NCBI GenBank assembly: GCA_000004985.1
Contig: GG738899.1
Reading direction: 5' to 3' (one strand)
DNA: 64,000 nucleotides
Source of the DNA: Naegleria gruberi
Taxonomy: Eukaryota
In this document: positions 42,721 to 53,746 of the stretch, piece after piece
Layout: every line of letters starts with the position of its first letter
Position numbering within the stretch: the first letter of the stretch is position 1
Position numbers and translations under genes: made by a program
The notes under the pieces: model-generated
What the model was told of the DNA's origin: nothing
The model's database searches: none
What the model saw: only the letters and a program-made list of their open reading frames with translations

Positions 42721-44591
42721 ATGCCTAGTATTCCCAAGTTGAGTCTTGGTCATCAAAGACAAGCTTCTGTTGACACAACCCATTCTAACAATTCTTCAGA
42801 CGAAACAACTTCTAATTCTTCTTCAACTCTTAGCAATAATTTTCTGAGTGGAACTATTTCATCCGACAATTTAATTTCACAATTCATTGAACCGTTGAGT
42901 AATGCAAGAAAATCTAACGCCAAAATTCATTGGAAGTGTGTCCATGTGATTTCACATCCTGATTTTGAAAGAAAGTAAGTGTGATGATCAAATTTAAAAT
43001 ATTAACTTTAACAAGTGCTTTAGATGATGATTCCTCCTATCATACTACCTTACAGCTTATTCCATTCAGCAGTATGGATGTTGCCACACAAAAATCTAGA
43101 TTTGCCATTATTCACTCCAGTAAGAAGGGTGTTTCAGTGTTGGAATTAATTAATGAACTTACTCAATCAACAGATAATAAGATTGGAAATCAATGGATTG
43201 TAAAGTATCACACAAAATTAGAGTCCAATGGTTTCGGATCAAGTGCAGTATTAACAAAACAAACTACAGAAAAGAAGGAAAAGATTGTTTTCTTTGGTGG
43301 TTACTTCCATGAAAATCAAGAGAGTAATGACAAGTCTTCCTTGTTCCAATCTCAACAAAGATACTCTCTTGAATCCATTAGTCACAATAGAACCCTAACC
43401 AGTAGAATGAAAAAGCTATTCAAATCCTCGAAAGGAGATGTATCTGCTTGTCCTCACCCATCTAACATGTTTTTCAAATACAGATTTGATAAGTATGAGT
43501 TTGGTTTTTCGAAATCTGGGGAAGAAAATTCAGGATCTGAAAAAACACTATCCAGAAAGCCATCATTCATGACTGGTACAACCAATTACTGGCCTGCAAC
43601 TCATGCTAACCACAAAATTTTGAGTGTTGGAAAAGAAATTTATGTATTTGGAGGACATTACATGAAGTGGAATGAACTTACTGAAGATAATCAAAACGAT
43701 GCAGAGAAGAGGACATCTTTTGTCTATATTTTCGATACAAAGAGAAAGAAGTTTGAACAGCCAAAGTTAGTAAGCTTTACACTTCCAAAACCTCAATCAT
43801 CAGTTAGTACTACTGTCAGCACTGATTCACTTGATAGTGCTTCAACACCAACAGCAGAAACACATAAGGATATTCAACTTCCAATTGAAAATGAAGTTGA
43901 TTCAAAGCAAAAGGAAAGAAGAAATTTCTTACTTGATAGTATTAAATCTTTCAGTAGAGAAAGAAAGAACTCATTCCATGATGGAGATAAAATGATGACA
44001 GACCTTCGTGATATTGCTCCAATGAATAGATTTGGTCACAATGTTGTAAATGTAAACGGTGTAGCATATATTTATGGTGGTAAATTAAGAAAGCAATACA
44101 ATAGTGGTAATCCAGACCAAGTCAATCCTCATTCAGATGATTCTGTTTACAGCTTTAATTTCAGAACTGGTCAATTCTCTAGGTTAAGAATTAAAAGCCA
44201 TGACAAGCCACATCCTAGAATGTTCCATGCCATGGTTGAAATTCCAGAAAACAATTGTTTCCTTATGATGGGTGGTCAAAATGTAACAGAGCAAGTTCTT
44301 GAAGATGAAACACTAAGTATGATGATGGAAGAAGTTAAAATGAAAAAGGGGACTGAAACAGAGGCAACAAACTTCTTGGATGATTGTTATGTTTTCGATA
44401 TTCTGAGATCAGAATGGTCAAAAGTCAAACAAAGTGGTCACTTGCCACTCAATGCATCAAACTTTGGATTTGAACATGAAGCAACTAGAGTACCTGTTGC
44501 CCTAGCTAGAACTAAGGAAGGAGATTTCTTGTGTGTTGTAAAGAATGGTCTTGGATCATTGGAAGTCTATTTAGGACAATCTAATTTTTAA
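42721..44591 (+). CDS. Kelch-repeat beta-propeller protein, 609 aa. Exons 42721-42974 and 43016-44591, intron about 42975-43015.
   Basis: A 41-nt intron (GTAAGT…AACAAG, phase 2) joins …HPDFER(N)ALDDD… in frame, for 610 codons. Repeated Kelch blades carry GG/W motifs (IVFFGGYFHEN, IYVFGGHYMKWNE, AYIYGGKLRK, FLMMGGQNV). The N-terminus is Ser/Thr-rich. Confidence 0.7.
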
Positions 44592-44731
44592 ATTAAATTT
44601 TATTTACATTAAATCCTTAAGAAATGATTAATTTGGATCAGAGTTCTATTTAAAGAATTGATTAATTAATCAGTGGAATAGATGGTAGTGAGGCAAACAT
44701 TTTATTGGATAGGCTTCCTCTCAAGCTTATT

Positions 44732-47700
44732 TTACATTAAATTGGATTGTTTCAATAATTCTTCTCTGCTGTTACTGGAAGTGGAATATTCTTCAAACTC
44801 TTGTGTATAGAAAAATCTAGAGAAAGTATCTGATAGATTGATTAATATTTGATCTGTAAGGGATTTGATATTATCAACAACCATATCAGATAAATTTGCA
44901 GGAAGGGAGTTCTTTTTTGTTTTGGAAACTGATTGCTTCTCGTCTACTAATTCGAGATTATTTGCATTTTTCAACTTTGCCACCATTGAGGCAAAAGATT
45001 TTCTGCAATCAGATGGAATATTCACTTCCCTAATAGAACCAGATTTCACATAATCATCATAAATATTGTTAATAAACTCTATTATTTCTGCCAGTCCCTT
45101 TTCGATAATATTGGAGTTTTTGGTTAAATGTAAATAGAGTTGAAGATTTTCAAGTGAAAACTCTTTTCTGCAGAAACTATCAAATATCTTTAGGAATATT
45201 GGATTTTCTAGGTATTGATTGATTTCTACCTTCTCTTGTTCATTCTTTTCACCATTCCACACTTTCATTCTTTGGGCTAACAATACAAGAAGGGAATAAC
45301 CTCCATACACTAGCATGTATGTAACAATATGTAATACCTCGAAAATGATTGAAACCGAGTCATAGGTCACTACAGTTCTTACTATAGCCAATGGTGCTAA
45401 TTTTGTTTCGGTATAACCTGTTAGTAACAGCCTATAGTTAAGACTAGCCATTCCCAAAGCTTGTACAATGACAAGGAAAATAAATGAAATAACAAACAAA
45501 ATCATTTCAGCTCTGAAGAACAGTGGAGAATCAGCCTCTACAAACCAAGAAAAGAGGAAATTGAAAACCTTACCCAAAATATTTTGAGCTTTCATCTTTT
45601 GAGATTCTTTAGATCTGTTGGTTGTTTCATTCTTGTTCAAATTTCTCTGATACCATGTCATTATCAAATCTACTGAAAATATACAACAAACAGCAAAACC
45701 AATAAATAGAATTGCAACAGTATAAGAAATGGAAACTATTTGGGTGTATTCAGGGCCAGTAATCACGTTTGTTCTAACTAAAATAACCCACAAAGTCCAA
45801 TATGCTAAATTGATAAATGCAAAAGTAATCAACATAATGCTGTAGAATTTTGCAGATATCAGATGCTTGATAAAGTGAAGAAATCTACTTGCAGTCACCT
45901 TATCGTTCATTAAGGATAATTCATTATAGAAATATTTTAAAAATTCAAATCTCATAACCTGATACAAGTATGTCATGATTGCACACAGGGTTATGGTGTT
46001 TACAATAATTGTAATAATATTTGCCAATATAGAGGAAGCTAGATAACTATTGGCATCGTTTGATTGGGTAGAGGAAATCAAAACACTTCGTTGAACAATG
46101 AGTAGAAGAGAGCTTTGGGTAATCAAAGCTGCCATTCCCAAGAAAGGGGTTGTGAATCTGCTCTTTACAGGTTGTTTGTTAGCATTCAAAGCTAATCCTA
46201 TCAAGACTGCAACAGCACAAATCAAGTAAACTGAACCTAGGGCAATCTGAGTACCATGAACACCAATAAATTGATCGACATATGGTTCAAATGTAATACC
46301 CACAGGAACTTGCTCTATAAAAGCAGAAAATAAAGTGGTATGAGTACAAGAGCAAACAATTTCACCAGTTGCCGAGTTTAAGGATTTCAAAGTGCAACCG
46401 TCAGTATCCCATTTGGACATGGTTTCATTCCAATATTTACAAATGATTCTACTATTATTGCTAGAGCTAATGGGGGTGTTTGAATTGAATGAAATTGAAA
46501 AAGGTTTCACAAGGCTCTTCAAATTCATGCTGTTGCCGTTCCTATGCATTGTGAAATCCTTAGCATTGGCAGCGAAGGTGGCATTAGTCTCTGGATACAC
46601 TATTCCATTAAAGGATACTACAGATAAACCAACTTCAGTGGAGAAGGAGGAGTATTGTGCAAGAATGGAATCAGCTTCAAATAAAATTGAGTCAAACCGA
46701 TTTGTTACCGTTGAAGTTGAAGCACTGTCTTTCGAAAAACTTGAGTATGTAATATTAATATTGGCTGAAGTTATAATTGTTGAAGGCAAGAGTGTATCAC
46801 TTGAAGTAAGGAGGGTTGGTATTGAGGAAATTACTAAAAGTGAAGACAATTTGGTCGCTAAACGACTATCCAATCCCTTTTGAACTAAATTGGATGATGT
46901 TGAAAGAATCGTTTTCGTATCTTCATCTGAGATCTTGGAAGACACAAATCCCTGTTGGCTCTTTTGAGTTTTGTAAGAATTTACAGAATTTCCAAGGTAA
47001 GAATCCAGGTTTTGTATAATTAAATTGGACACAGAGGTAGTGAGATTTTTTTCAGACATAGAATACAGTGATCCAAGTCCAACTGTTGGATTTTCCGCTG
47101 AAATAGTGAAATTCTGCATAGCCATTAACAGTAATTGGTCATATTCATCCGATGATCCAGTGAATGATGAGTCATATGGAACCACTTTAGCAATTCTTGA
47201 ATCGGTCTTCATTAGAGACATTGCCTCACTTGGGGTGCTGTAGAATCTAAGCATTGTCACAACTGATTGAACTAAAACTGACTGTACATTAGATAAGTTA
47301 TCCTTTGCAAAGACCACCAAGTCTGTTGGCTTGTTTTGTTCCATATTTTTTGTGAAAGGCAAATAAGTCAGTAATTGTTGGCCCATAGGTACAAATTCAG
47401 TTAATCGTAGAGTCTGGTTGTTGTAAACAATACCTATTGCAAAAGAAAGCGGGGATTGATCTGCAGAGAAAATTTTCCAGTCGCTTTCGTTTTCCTGAAT
47501 ACTAAACAAGGTATACAGACCAACTCCTCTGTTAGGAGATATATTTAGATTTGAATTTGATGACTTTCTAATTATTGAGCTGGCTACAGGAATGGTGTGA
47601 TTAATCACCATAGTGTTTTGGATAGCACCAGTAATTGTAAAGGAAAGGGTAGCAAAATTAGTAGAACCTTCAAGTTTTACCAATCCTTTGACATTAACAA

Positions 47701-49564
47701 AGGGGTTGAGACTAATACTGGTGAAATTAGAGTTTTTGTTTGCTGTTCCTCTTGTAGTAATTTGATCAGAGCTTGAATATATTCTTTCCTCATACACAAG
47801 CTTCCATGAAATAGAGATGATAGTTGAACAGCTATTACATTCGTTTTGGTTAATTAATGCCAAAAATCTTTTTGTGTCAATGTTGAATCCTGTCAGGACA
47901 CTGTCAATCATTTGATTTTGTGATAGGGATATAGCTTTGATTATATCAGTAACATTGGAGGTGCTATCAAAACTTGAATTATTTGCATAAGTTGAATTGA
48001 ATGTGCTATTATCTACCCCAATTGGTGGTATTACAGTAACTGTAAAATTAACAGAATTAGAGGTTCTAATTATTGCTCCTTCTTGTATATGATTCACCCT
48101 AACAGTTACAATGAAGGTTCCAAGGCTTGAAGCATTAAATAACAATGAACTGAAATTATTATCAATTGGCATTGCACATTTTTCGCAATTCCATATAAAA
48201 TTAATCCCATTAGTAATAGTTTCTGAAACATTAATCTGTAGAACTTGAGATTTTCCTATCTCAACATCATAATTTGAATTAATTGCATTGATAAGAAAAG
48301 ATGAATTGAATTGGCATTGATTTCCCACGAATCCTACTCTACAACTGCATGTATCAGTTTTTGCGCAGTTGCCTCTTCCACTGCAAACAGATGAGTCGTT
48401 TGATAATTTTCCATAACAATAACTTATCAGACATTGTGGATCTGAGCTATTTGTATCACAATTCATTAAATTGAGTCTTCCTATCTGTAGGGTATTCGTA
48501 TCTGTGAAATAGAGAGTTCCGTTTGAATGGACATATAATCCAACAGGTTTGCTAACAGAGATTCCATATTTAGATTCTGCCAATATCGTTCTTATTGTAT
48601 TCTTCTCTATATTAAATACTTTGATTTTTCCTGAATCAGTATCAGCAATATATAGCATTTTACCATCTGGACTCAAAGCTATCCCTTGAGGATTATTCAA
48701 GTTGTGACTAAGAGGATCCAAAGCATCATTTTCAGAAGTGAAAGGGTTTTCTCCTGACCCCACAACAGTTTCCAATAATTTGCTAGAAACGTTATATCTC
48801 TTGATCAAGTTTGTTTCACTATCACAAATGTAGAGGATATCACTTGAAGACATTGCCAGAGAAGTTGGTTTTTGTAGGCCTCCTTGTTGTATCCCTAAAT
48901 CAATCTCAATCTCATTTACAAATCCATCCGTGCCAACTCTAAATATCTTGTCATTGCTGGTAACATAAAGAATTGAGGAATAGAGAGCCAATCCCTTTGG
49001 TTCAATAAGATTAATATGCGCCTTATCATAAGGTGGCGCATATTCAGCCGACCTGTTTCCACTTCCAACATAGTTTTGCAATATCCCTGATGATAGTACT
49101 AGTTTTTTGATGAAATCATTATTAGTGTCAGTAAATAGTACAGTATCCGAATCCATAAAAACAACAGAAGATGGTGAATTTAGAGGAGAAGTAGGACCAA
49201 AAGCAGAACCACCAAGGTCAATAGTAGCATTACCTGAATAACCTGCTCCAGCCAAAACATATGCTGGTGCACCATTATCTGAGAAAAACAACAATCTATG
49301 ACTTCCACTATCAACAACAATAATTGTGTTAGCATCCTTAACTAAAACCGAAGTTGGAGACTTTAAAAGTGAAGTATCCACTGGAAACAAATCCGCCGAT
49401 GTTACAACAGTAGTATCAATAATTGTTGTATTGACATCGATAAGTTCTGGAGGAAGAGGAATTGGTGTTGGTGAGGGTCCAGGAGCCGGCGCAAAATCAG
49501 CAACGATAACTGATGTCAGAACAAGCACAAGAACCAAAAGAAATAGAGGTGTGTATCTTGACAT
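44732..49564 (-). CDS. Adhesion-GPCR-like 7TM receptor with a C-terminal RGS domain, 1610 aa. Domain order is signal peptide, NHL-type beta-propeller repeats, EGF-like module, long Ser/Thr/Asn-rich stalk, GAIN/GPS motif, 7TM, RGS. Paralogue of 3661-8166.
   Basis: Signal peptide: MSRYTPLFLLVLVLVLTSVIVA. NHL-like blades: LYVTSNDKIFRV, LYICDSETNLIKRYNV, LYIADTDSGKIKVFNIEKN, LYFTDTNTLQIGRLNL. EGF module: CSGRGNCAKTDTCSCRVGFVGNQC. GPS motif: CKYWNETMSKWDTDGCTLKSLNSATGEIVCSCTHTTLFSAF. Seven TM helices. RGS box: FSLENLQLYLHL…REVNIPSDCRKSF. Confidence 0.8.
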   Translation of the reverse strand: MSRYTPLFLLVLVLVLTSVIVADFAPAPGPSPTPIPLPPELIDVNTTIIDTTVVTSADLFPVDTSLLKSPTSVLVKDANTIIVVDSGSHRLLFFSDNGAPAYVLAGAGYSGNATIDLGGSAFGPTSPLNSPSSVVFMDSDTVLFTDTNNDFIKKLVLSSGILQNYVGSGNRSAEYAPPYDKAHINLIEPKGLALYSSILYVTSNDKIFRVGTDGFVNEIEIDLGIQQGGLQKPTSLAMSSSDILYICDSETNLIKRYNVSSKLLETVVGSGENPFTSENDALDPLSHNLNNPQGIALSPDGKMLYIADTDSGKIKVFNIEKNTIRTILAESKYGISVSKPVGLYVHSNGTLYFTDTNTLQIGRLNLMNCDTNSSDPQCLISYCYGKLSNDSSVCSGRGNCAKTDTCSCRVGFVGNQCQFNSSFLINAINSNYDVEIGKSQVLQINVSETITNGINFIWNCEKCAMPIDNNFSSLLFNASSLGTFIVTVRVNHIQEGAIIRTSNSVNFTVTVIPPIGVDNSTFNSTYANNSSFDSTSNVTDIIKAISLSQNQMIDSVLTGFNIDTKRFLALINQNECNSCSTIISISWKLVYEERIYSSSDQITTRGTANKNSNFTSISLNPFVNVKGLVKLEGSTNFATLSFTITGAIQNTMVINHTIPVASSIIRKSSNSNLNISPNRGVGLYTLFSIQENESDWKIFSADQSPLSFAIGIVYNNQTLRLTEFVPMGQQLLTYLPFTKNMEQNKPTDLVVFAKDNLSNVQSVLVQSVVTMLRFYSTPSEAMSLMKTDSRIAKVVPYDSSFTGSSDEYDQLLLMAMQNFTISAENPTVGLGSLYSMSEKNLTTSVSNLIIQNLDSYLGNSVNSYKTQKSQQGFVSSKISDEDTKTILSTSSNLVQKGLDSRLATKLSSLLVISSIPTLLTSSDTLLPSTIITSANINITYSSFSKDSASTSTVTNRFDSILFEADSILAQYSSFSTEVGLSVVSFNGIVYPETNATFAANAKDFTMHRNGNSMNLKSLVKPFSISFNSNTPISSSNNSRIICKYWNETMSKWDTDGCTLKSLNSATGEIVCSCTHTTLFSAFIEQVPVGITFEPYVDQFIGVHGTQIALGSVYLICAVAVLIGLALNANKQPVKSRFTTPFLGMAALITQSSLLLIVQRSVLISSTQSNDANSYLASSILANIITIIVNTITLCAIMTYLYQVMRFEFLKYFYNELSLMNDKVTASRFLHFIKHLISAKFYSIMLITFAFINLAYWTLWVILVRTNVITGPEYTQIVSISYTVAILFIGFAVCCIFSVDLIMTWYQRNLNKNETTNRSKESQKMKAQNILGKVFNFLFSWFVEADSPLFFRAEMILFVISFIFLVIVQALGMASLNYRLLLTGYTETKLAPLAIVRTVVTYDSVSIIFEVLHIVTYMLVYGGYSLLVLLAQRMKVWNGEKNEQEKVEINQYLENPIFLKIFDSFCRKEFSLENLQLYLHLTKNSNIIEKGLAEIIEFINNIYDDYVKSGSIREVNIPSDCRKSFASMVAKLKNANNLELVDEKQSVSKTKKNSLPANLSDMVVDNIKSLTDQILINLSDTFSRFFYTQEFEEYSTSSNSREELLKQSNLM

Positions 49565-50964
49565 GCTTTTTTTTCTAATATGATTGTTGACACGATTAAT
49601 TGACCTGCCGAAATCACATGAGTTCTGCAGTGCAGAAATTTTTAGTTACTTGGCGAATTTGCTTTACCTTCCAAACTAAATATGATTGTAATCATATCTT
49701 TTTACGTAACATCCTGTCCGTTGTATTTAATTTTTTGATGAACCACCTTAAACCTCACAGTGATCAGACGTTTTAATTTCCGAAAATAAATTCATGATGA
49801 AAAATAAGGTACGATGCTTGTTATTAATGTTTTTGCATTTTTTTTAAGGTTTCCAGAAAATCTTTTACAATAAAATACAAAACTCTCTGAGATCTCCTTA
49901 ACAATGAGTTTGAGATTCAACAAAAACCCCATTCCTTTTCAGATTCAAATTGACAATTATCCTCGATCTACAGTTTACAGTAAATCGTATAAAAGGAGTT
50001 GAACATTTGAGATTGAATCACACCCTTGATCTATATGACTTTAATGAATAAAATAAAGTTTAGTACTTGTTACAAATAACATTCCAAGGCAAAGAGAAGG
50101 AAACCGTACTGGAGTCCATGTATTATATACTATCTATGTCTCAATTTGTGACTAATCTCCATGGGTTATAAAATGGTATTGTTTAGTATATGGACTATAC
50201 AATCAAGTTCATTAGATAAGCGACCTCACCCCAAGTACATATTTGTATAAGATGAATTGTATAAAAAAAGCTAATTGAGACAAATGATACAAGGATCCTT
50301 ACCACACATCTCTATTAATTGAAATAGATAGAAGGAAGCCATTCTTGGAGTTTATTAAATATGAAAGAGGATTCTCCCATACTATACTACTGTATGATTT
50401 GAAAGAATCCTCTAAAACAATAATAAGGCACTTTTATGTACACAAAATGCATTTTCCACATTTTTAGTTTATTTATTTTAATTACATTGACGAGATTTAA
50501 TGAATACAGATCAACAGGATTTACTTCATCACTTAAGATACAATTATTACACCTCATTCATTCTTAATATAATTGTTCACCACTCATCATTGCAAGTCGA
50601 CACAAAATCATATCATCCAATTATATTAATTGTAACTAAGATCCACTTACTCTTTCAAACCTTCTCTTCATCACTCACCAATATCCTGCCATCACGGATT
50701 TCCATTGTTTTTCGTTTTATTGTCGCTACGTCTCATCATGAACAAAAATGGATTTTTTATGGCAATGCATCTTGTTAAAGTCACTATAAGAAAAGAGCAC
50801 GGGATTCTCAACAGCTAGAACCTCCGTACTGTTAGTTAAGTCTTATGACAACGTTTTATTATTTGAAAAGGTTTAAAAGGTACAAAATGCAATGATTCTC
50901 AGGACATATCAAAAAAAAACAAATCAATACAATCTGTTTCTCTAATATCTTTAAAAGAATAACA

Positions 50965-51525
50965 ATGAAGCAAATTAACGAACTAGTACAGCTGAGTCAT
51001 GCCGCTGCTTCTGATTCTCAATCAGAATCAAATTCATCATCATGGATACAACCAGGATTAAAAGGCAATCAACTTTCTATTCCTTCAAGTTTAGTTGCCC
51101 CAAAACGTCAAAGACGTTCCACAGACCATTCCAAAGTTATCGTAAAGAATTATAAGAATACTAGTAGTGATAATGGAGCCATTCTTACTCACTTTAAATC
51201 ACTTGCCTACAAACCACAAAAGCGTTTGAGAAAGAAGAAGAAGGCTGACCCAAAGTTAGTCGACTTTTTATGGCGTCAAATTGATTCTGCTGATATTCAT
51301 GCTGTTTCTGTCTTTGGTGACTGTCAACAATCAAGTGGTTGGTGTTGTGCAACAAACAAATATCATGCTGGTCATCATCATTTTGCTTGTGTGAATCATA
51401 AAACAACCAAAGCAAAGAAAGCACAAGACTATATGAATCCTTCCTCTTCCACAAGTACAAGCAGTGATGAAGACGGTAAAAAGATGCAGAGAACATCCAT
51501 CTCTATCAGAGAATTGTTACTTTAA
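50965..51525 (+). CDS. Hypothetical protein (186 aa), basic, with a Cys/His cluster.
   Basis: ATG ORF: …KRQRRSTDHSKVIVKNYK…DFLWRQIDSADIHAVSVFGDCQQSSGWCCATNKYHAGHHHFACVNHKT…. Possibly a small zinc-binding module. Unassigned. Confidence 0.35.
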   Translation: MKQINELVQLSHAAASDSQSESNSSSWIQPGLKGNQLSIPSSLVAPKRQRRSTDHSKVIVKNYKNTSSDNGAILTHFKSLAYKPQKRLRKKKKADPKLVDFLWRQIDSADIHAVSVFGDCQQSSGWCCATNKYHAGHHHFACVNHKTTKAKKAQDYMNPSSSTSTSSDEDGKKMQRTSISIRELLL

Positions 51526-52545
51526 TGCTTTGAACGATCGAGAATCCTCTCACATTTTTGGCGAATACGATATCCGATACGAGTTGAACGATGAACGAAC
51601 TGACCACTACTTGAATAACAGCATTGTGCTACTTGAAACAGAGTCTAAAGTTGTTGTAATCAGCATTGCTCTCTAATTGTTGTAATTTTAAAATAAATAC
51701 AAATTGAAAAACAAATAATACTCAAATAACGTATTTTTCTTTTATTCTCCAATTCAAGGATGATAACACATCATATTGTATTTTCTTTGAAAATCTTGTC
51801 TCAACACTAACATTTTCATATAAGGAATGCAAGAAGGTTGATAATAAACTAACTGCTTGCGTAAATATAATTTTCTCAATCTTCCCATTTGGAAGCTCGG
51901 GTTCCACGTCTAGCCAGAAAGACCTCACGCATCGGTACGTTGTGCCTTAATTCGCTACAAATTTGGGGATGGGTCAGATTACTTATAAGACTTGAGGAAA
52001 CACTATAAATTGATGGCACAAATCAATTCATATTTGCACCAATCAAAACAAAAACAAATCTAAAATATCTTCCATTAAAGAAATTGTCCAACCATTCTAT
52101 ACCAAGTGTTTGATTGTTAATGAAGATGGTGTTGAAAAAGTTGCTCCATTGAAGGAGGCCCTTACTTGCTGATTCATTCGAATCTATTAACATTTCTGAA
52201 ACCAAGCAAAAGGCTAAATTAATTGGACAAGTTCAATTCTTCTGGTAATAAATTCCAAATCTTGCTTGGTCTATCCAGGAAATGTTGCAAGATGGCAATA
52301 AGGTTATTGTCAGATCAATTGCCACTGGTAATCCAAAGGGTAATTTTATGGGAATTGAATGTGATGGCCCTAAGGCATTCAAGATTATGACCATTGATAT
52401 TAACACAGTTGAAAATAATCAAATTGCCAAGGTTCACCATTTGGAGGAATCGATCAAACAATTGCAACAATAAGGACGTGAGCAAATAAAACTCACAATT
52501 TAAGATCTTCTTAATGTTACATATCATCGGATTTTCTTAACTCTT

Positions 52546-53649
52546 TCAGCAACATCTTCTATGAACAATGGTAGGTCCACTCTCTTCATATTCTTCTCTT
52601 TTGATACACATGTTATTAAAGTTCGATAAGGATGCAAATATGCAACCTCCCTTCCAAGTAAGATAATTTCTATTTGGTAAATCTTTAACGTGTATCTTCA
52701 TTGTTGGTGCTAATTCACTCAATTCCTTGTGCATTCTCTCAGCAAATCCCCTAAACATAGTCGTTCCACCAGCCAAGACTATATTAGAAAAGAATTCTCT
52801 CCTCATATCCAAGTCAGATTTTCCAATAGAGTTGAAAACTATTTCAGCAACACCTGCTTCCTCCATTCCAAAAATATTTGGACTAAACAATACTTCTGTG
52901 CTTTTAAATCGTTCCTTTCCAATATTTATGATGGTCCCATCTGGTAATTCATAATCAATTAAAATGGATTCCTCGCTTAATTTAAGCTCTTCCTCATAAT
53001 TCAGAGCAACGTAGCCGAACAATTCCTTAATTTCTCTTACAATTCTTTTTTCTGATGTTGTTCTAAACTCATAATTTCTTGACTTGAATAACTCCACCAT
53101 ATTATCCACTATAACATCTCTGGACACAAATTTCAATTCCAAAACTGAATTATGGAGAGCATGACCTTCATAAATAGGAATAGCTCTCGTACAACTCTCT
53201 CCACCATCCAGAACTACTCCAGTGGTATTTCCTGATCCGTACAAGGCCAACACACCCTGTAAAGCAACATACATTCCTCCAAAATTGAAATCTTCAAACA
53301 TTATTTGAGTCATCTTTTCTCGATGACTTTTCGGAACGCCACAATTTTCACTCATTAAAATTAATTCATCTTCTCTCGATCCATTAAATTTATTAAATCC
53401 ATAATTCCAAATTCTTGTCATATCATCCCAATCAGTGATGATTCCATACTCCATCGGGTATCTTGCCTGAATAATTCCTCCCTTATTGGCTGCATCCTCT
53501 CCCACATAATCACCCTTATCACCATATCCTTGCCAATTATAAATTTGTTTAGGTTTTCCTAATAGCGTCGGAAAGTCTAGAGGTAATTCAGAGTTAGAGT
53601 AGCCGAGTTTGATCTTGAAGGAACCATTATCAACAATGAGTGTTTGCAT
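52546..53649 (-). CDS. Actin-family protein (divergent actin / Arp1-like), 367 aa.
   Basis: About 50% identity to actin by eye across the whole length: LIVDNGSFKIKLGY…YVGEDAANKGGIIQARYPMEYGIITDWDDMTRIW…HREKMTQIMFEDFN…YEGHALHNSVLELKFVSRDV…ELPDGTIINIGKERFKSTEVLF…VLAGGTTMFRGFAERMHKEL…KGGCIFASLS…EYEESGPTIVHRRC. Confidence 0.85.
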   Translation of the reverse strand: MQTLIVDNGSFKIKLGYSNSELPLDFPTLLGKPKQIYNWQGYGDKGDYVGEDAANKGGIIQARYPMEYGIITDWDDMTRIWNYGFNKFNGSREDELILMSENCGVPKSHREKMTQIMFEDFNFGGMYVALQGVLALYGSGNTTGVVLDGGESCTRAIPIYEGHALHNSVLELKFVSRDVIVDNMVELFKSRNYEFRTTSEKRIVREIKELFGYVALNYEEELKLSEESILIDYELPDGTIINIGKERFKSTEVLFSPNIFGMEEAGVAEIVFNSIGKSDLDMRREFFSNIVLAGGTTMFRGFAERMHKELSELAPTMKIHVKDLPNRNYLTWKGGCIFASLSNFNNMCIKREEYEESGPTIVHRRCC

Positions 53650-53746
53650 TTTTTGATCTTTTAAAATTGTTTGGAAAATTGTAAAGTGTCATCATCAACA
53701 TCATCTTTCAAACATTATCAAAAAAATTGTCATTGCATTGTATTAG

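Noticed and set aside
52083-52473. Small plus-strand ORF (…QVQFFW|EMLQDGNKVIVRSIATGNPKGNFMGIECDGPKAF…) suggestive of an NTF2/SnoaL-like fold, possibly spliced via a 34-nt GTAATA…TCCAG intron.
   Set aside because: I could not find an in-frame start or a consistent upstream exon, since two frames are each blocked by TGA. Left unannotated pending transcript evidence.
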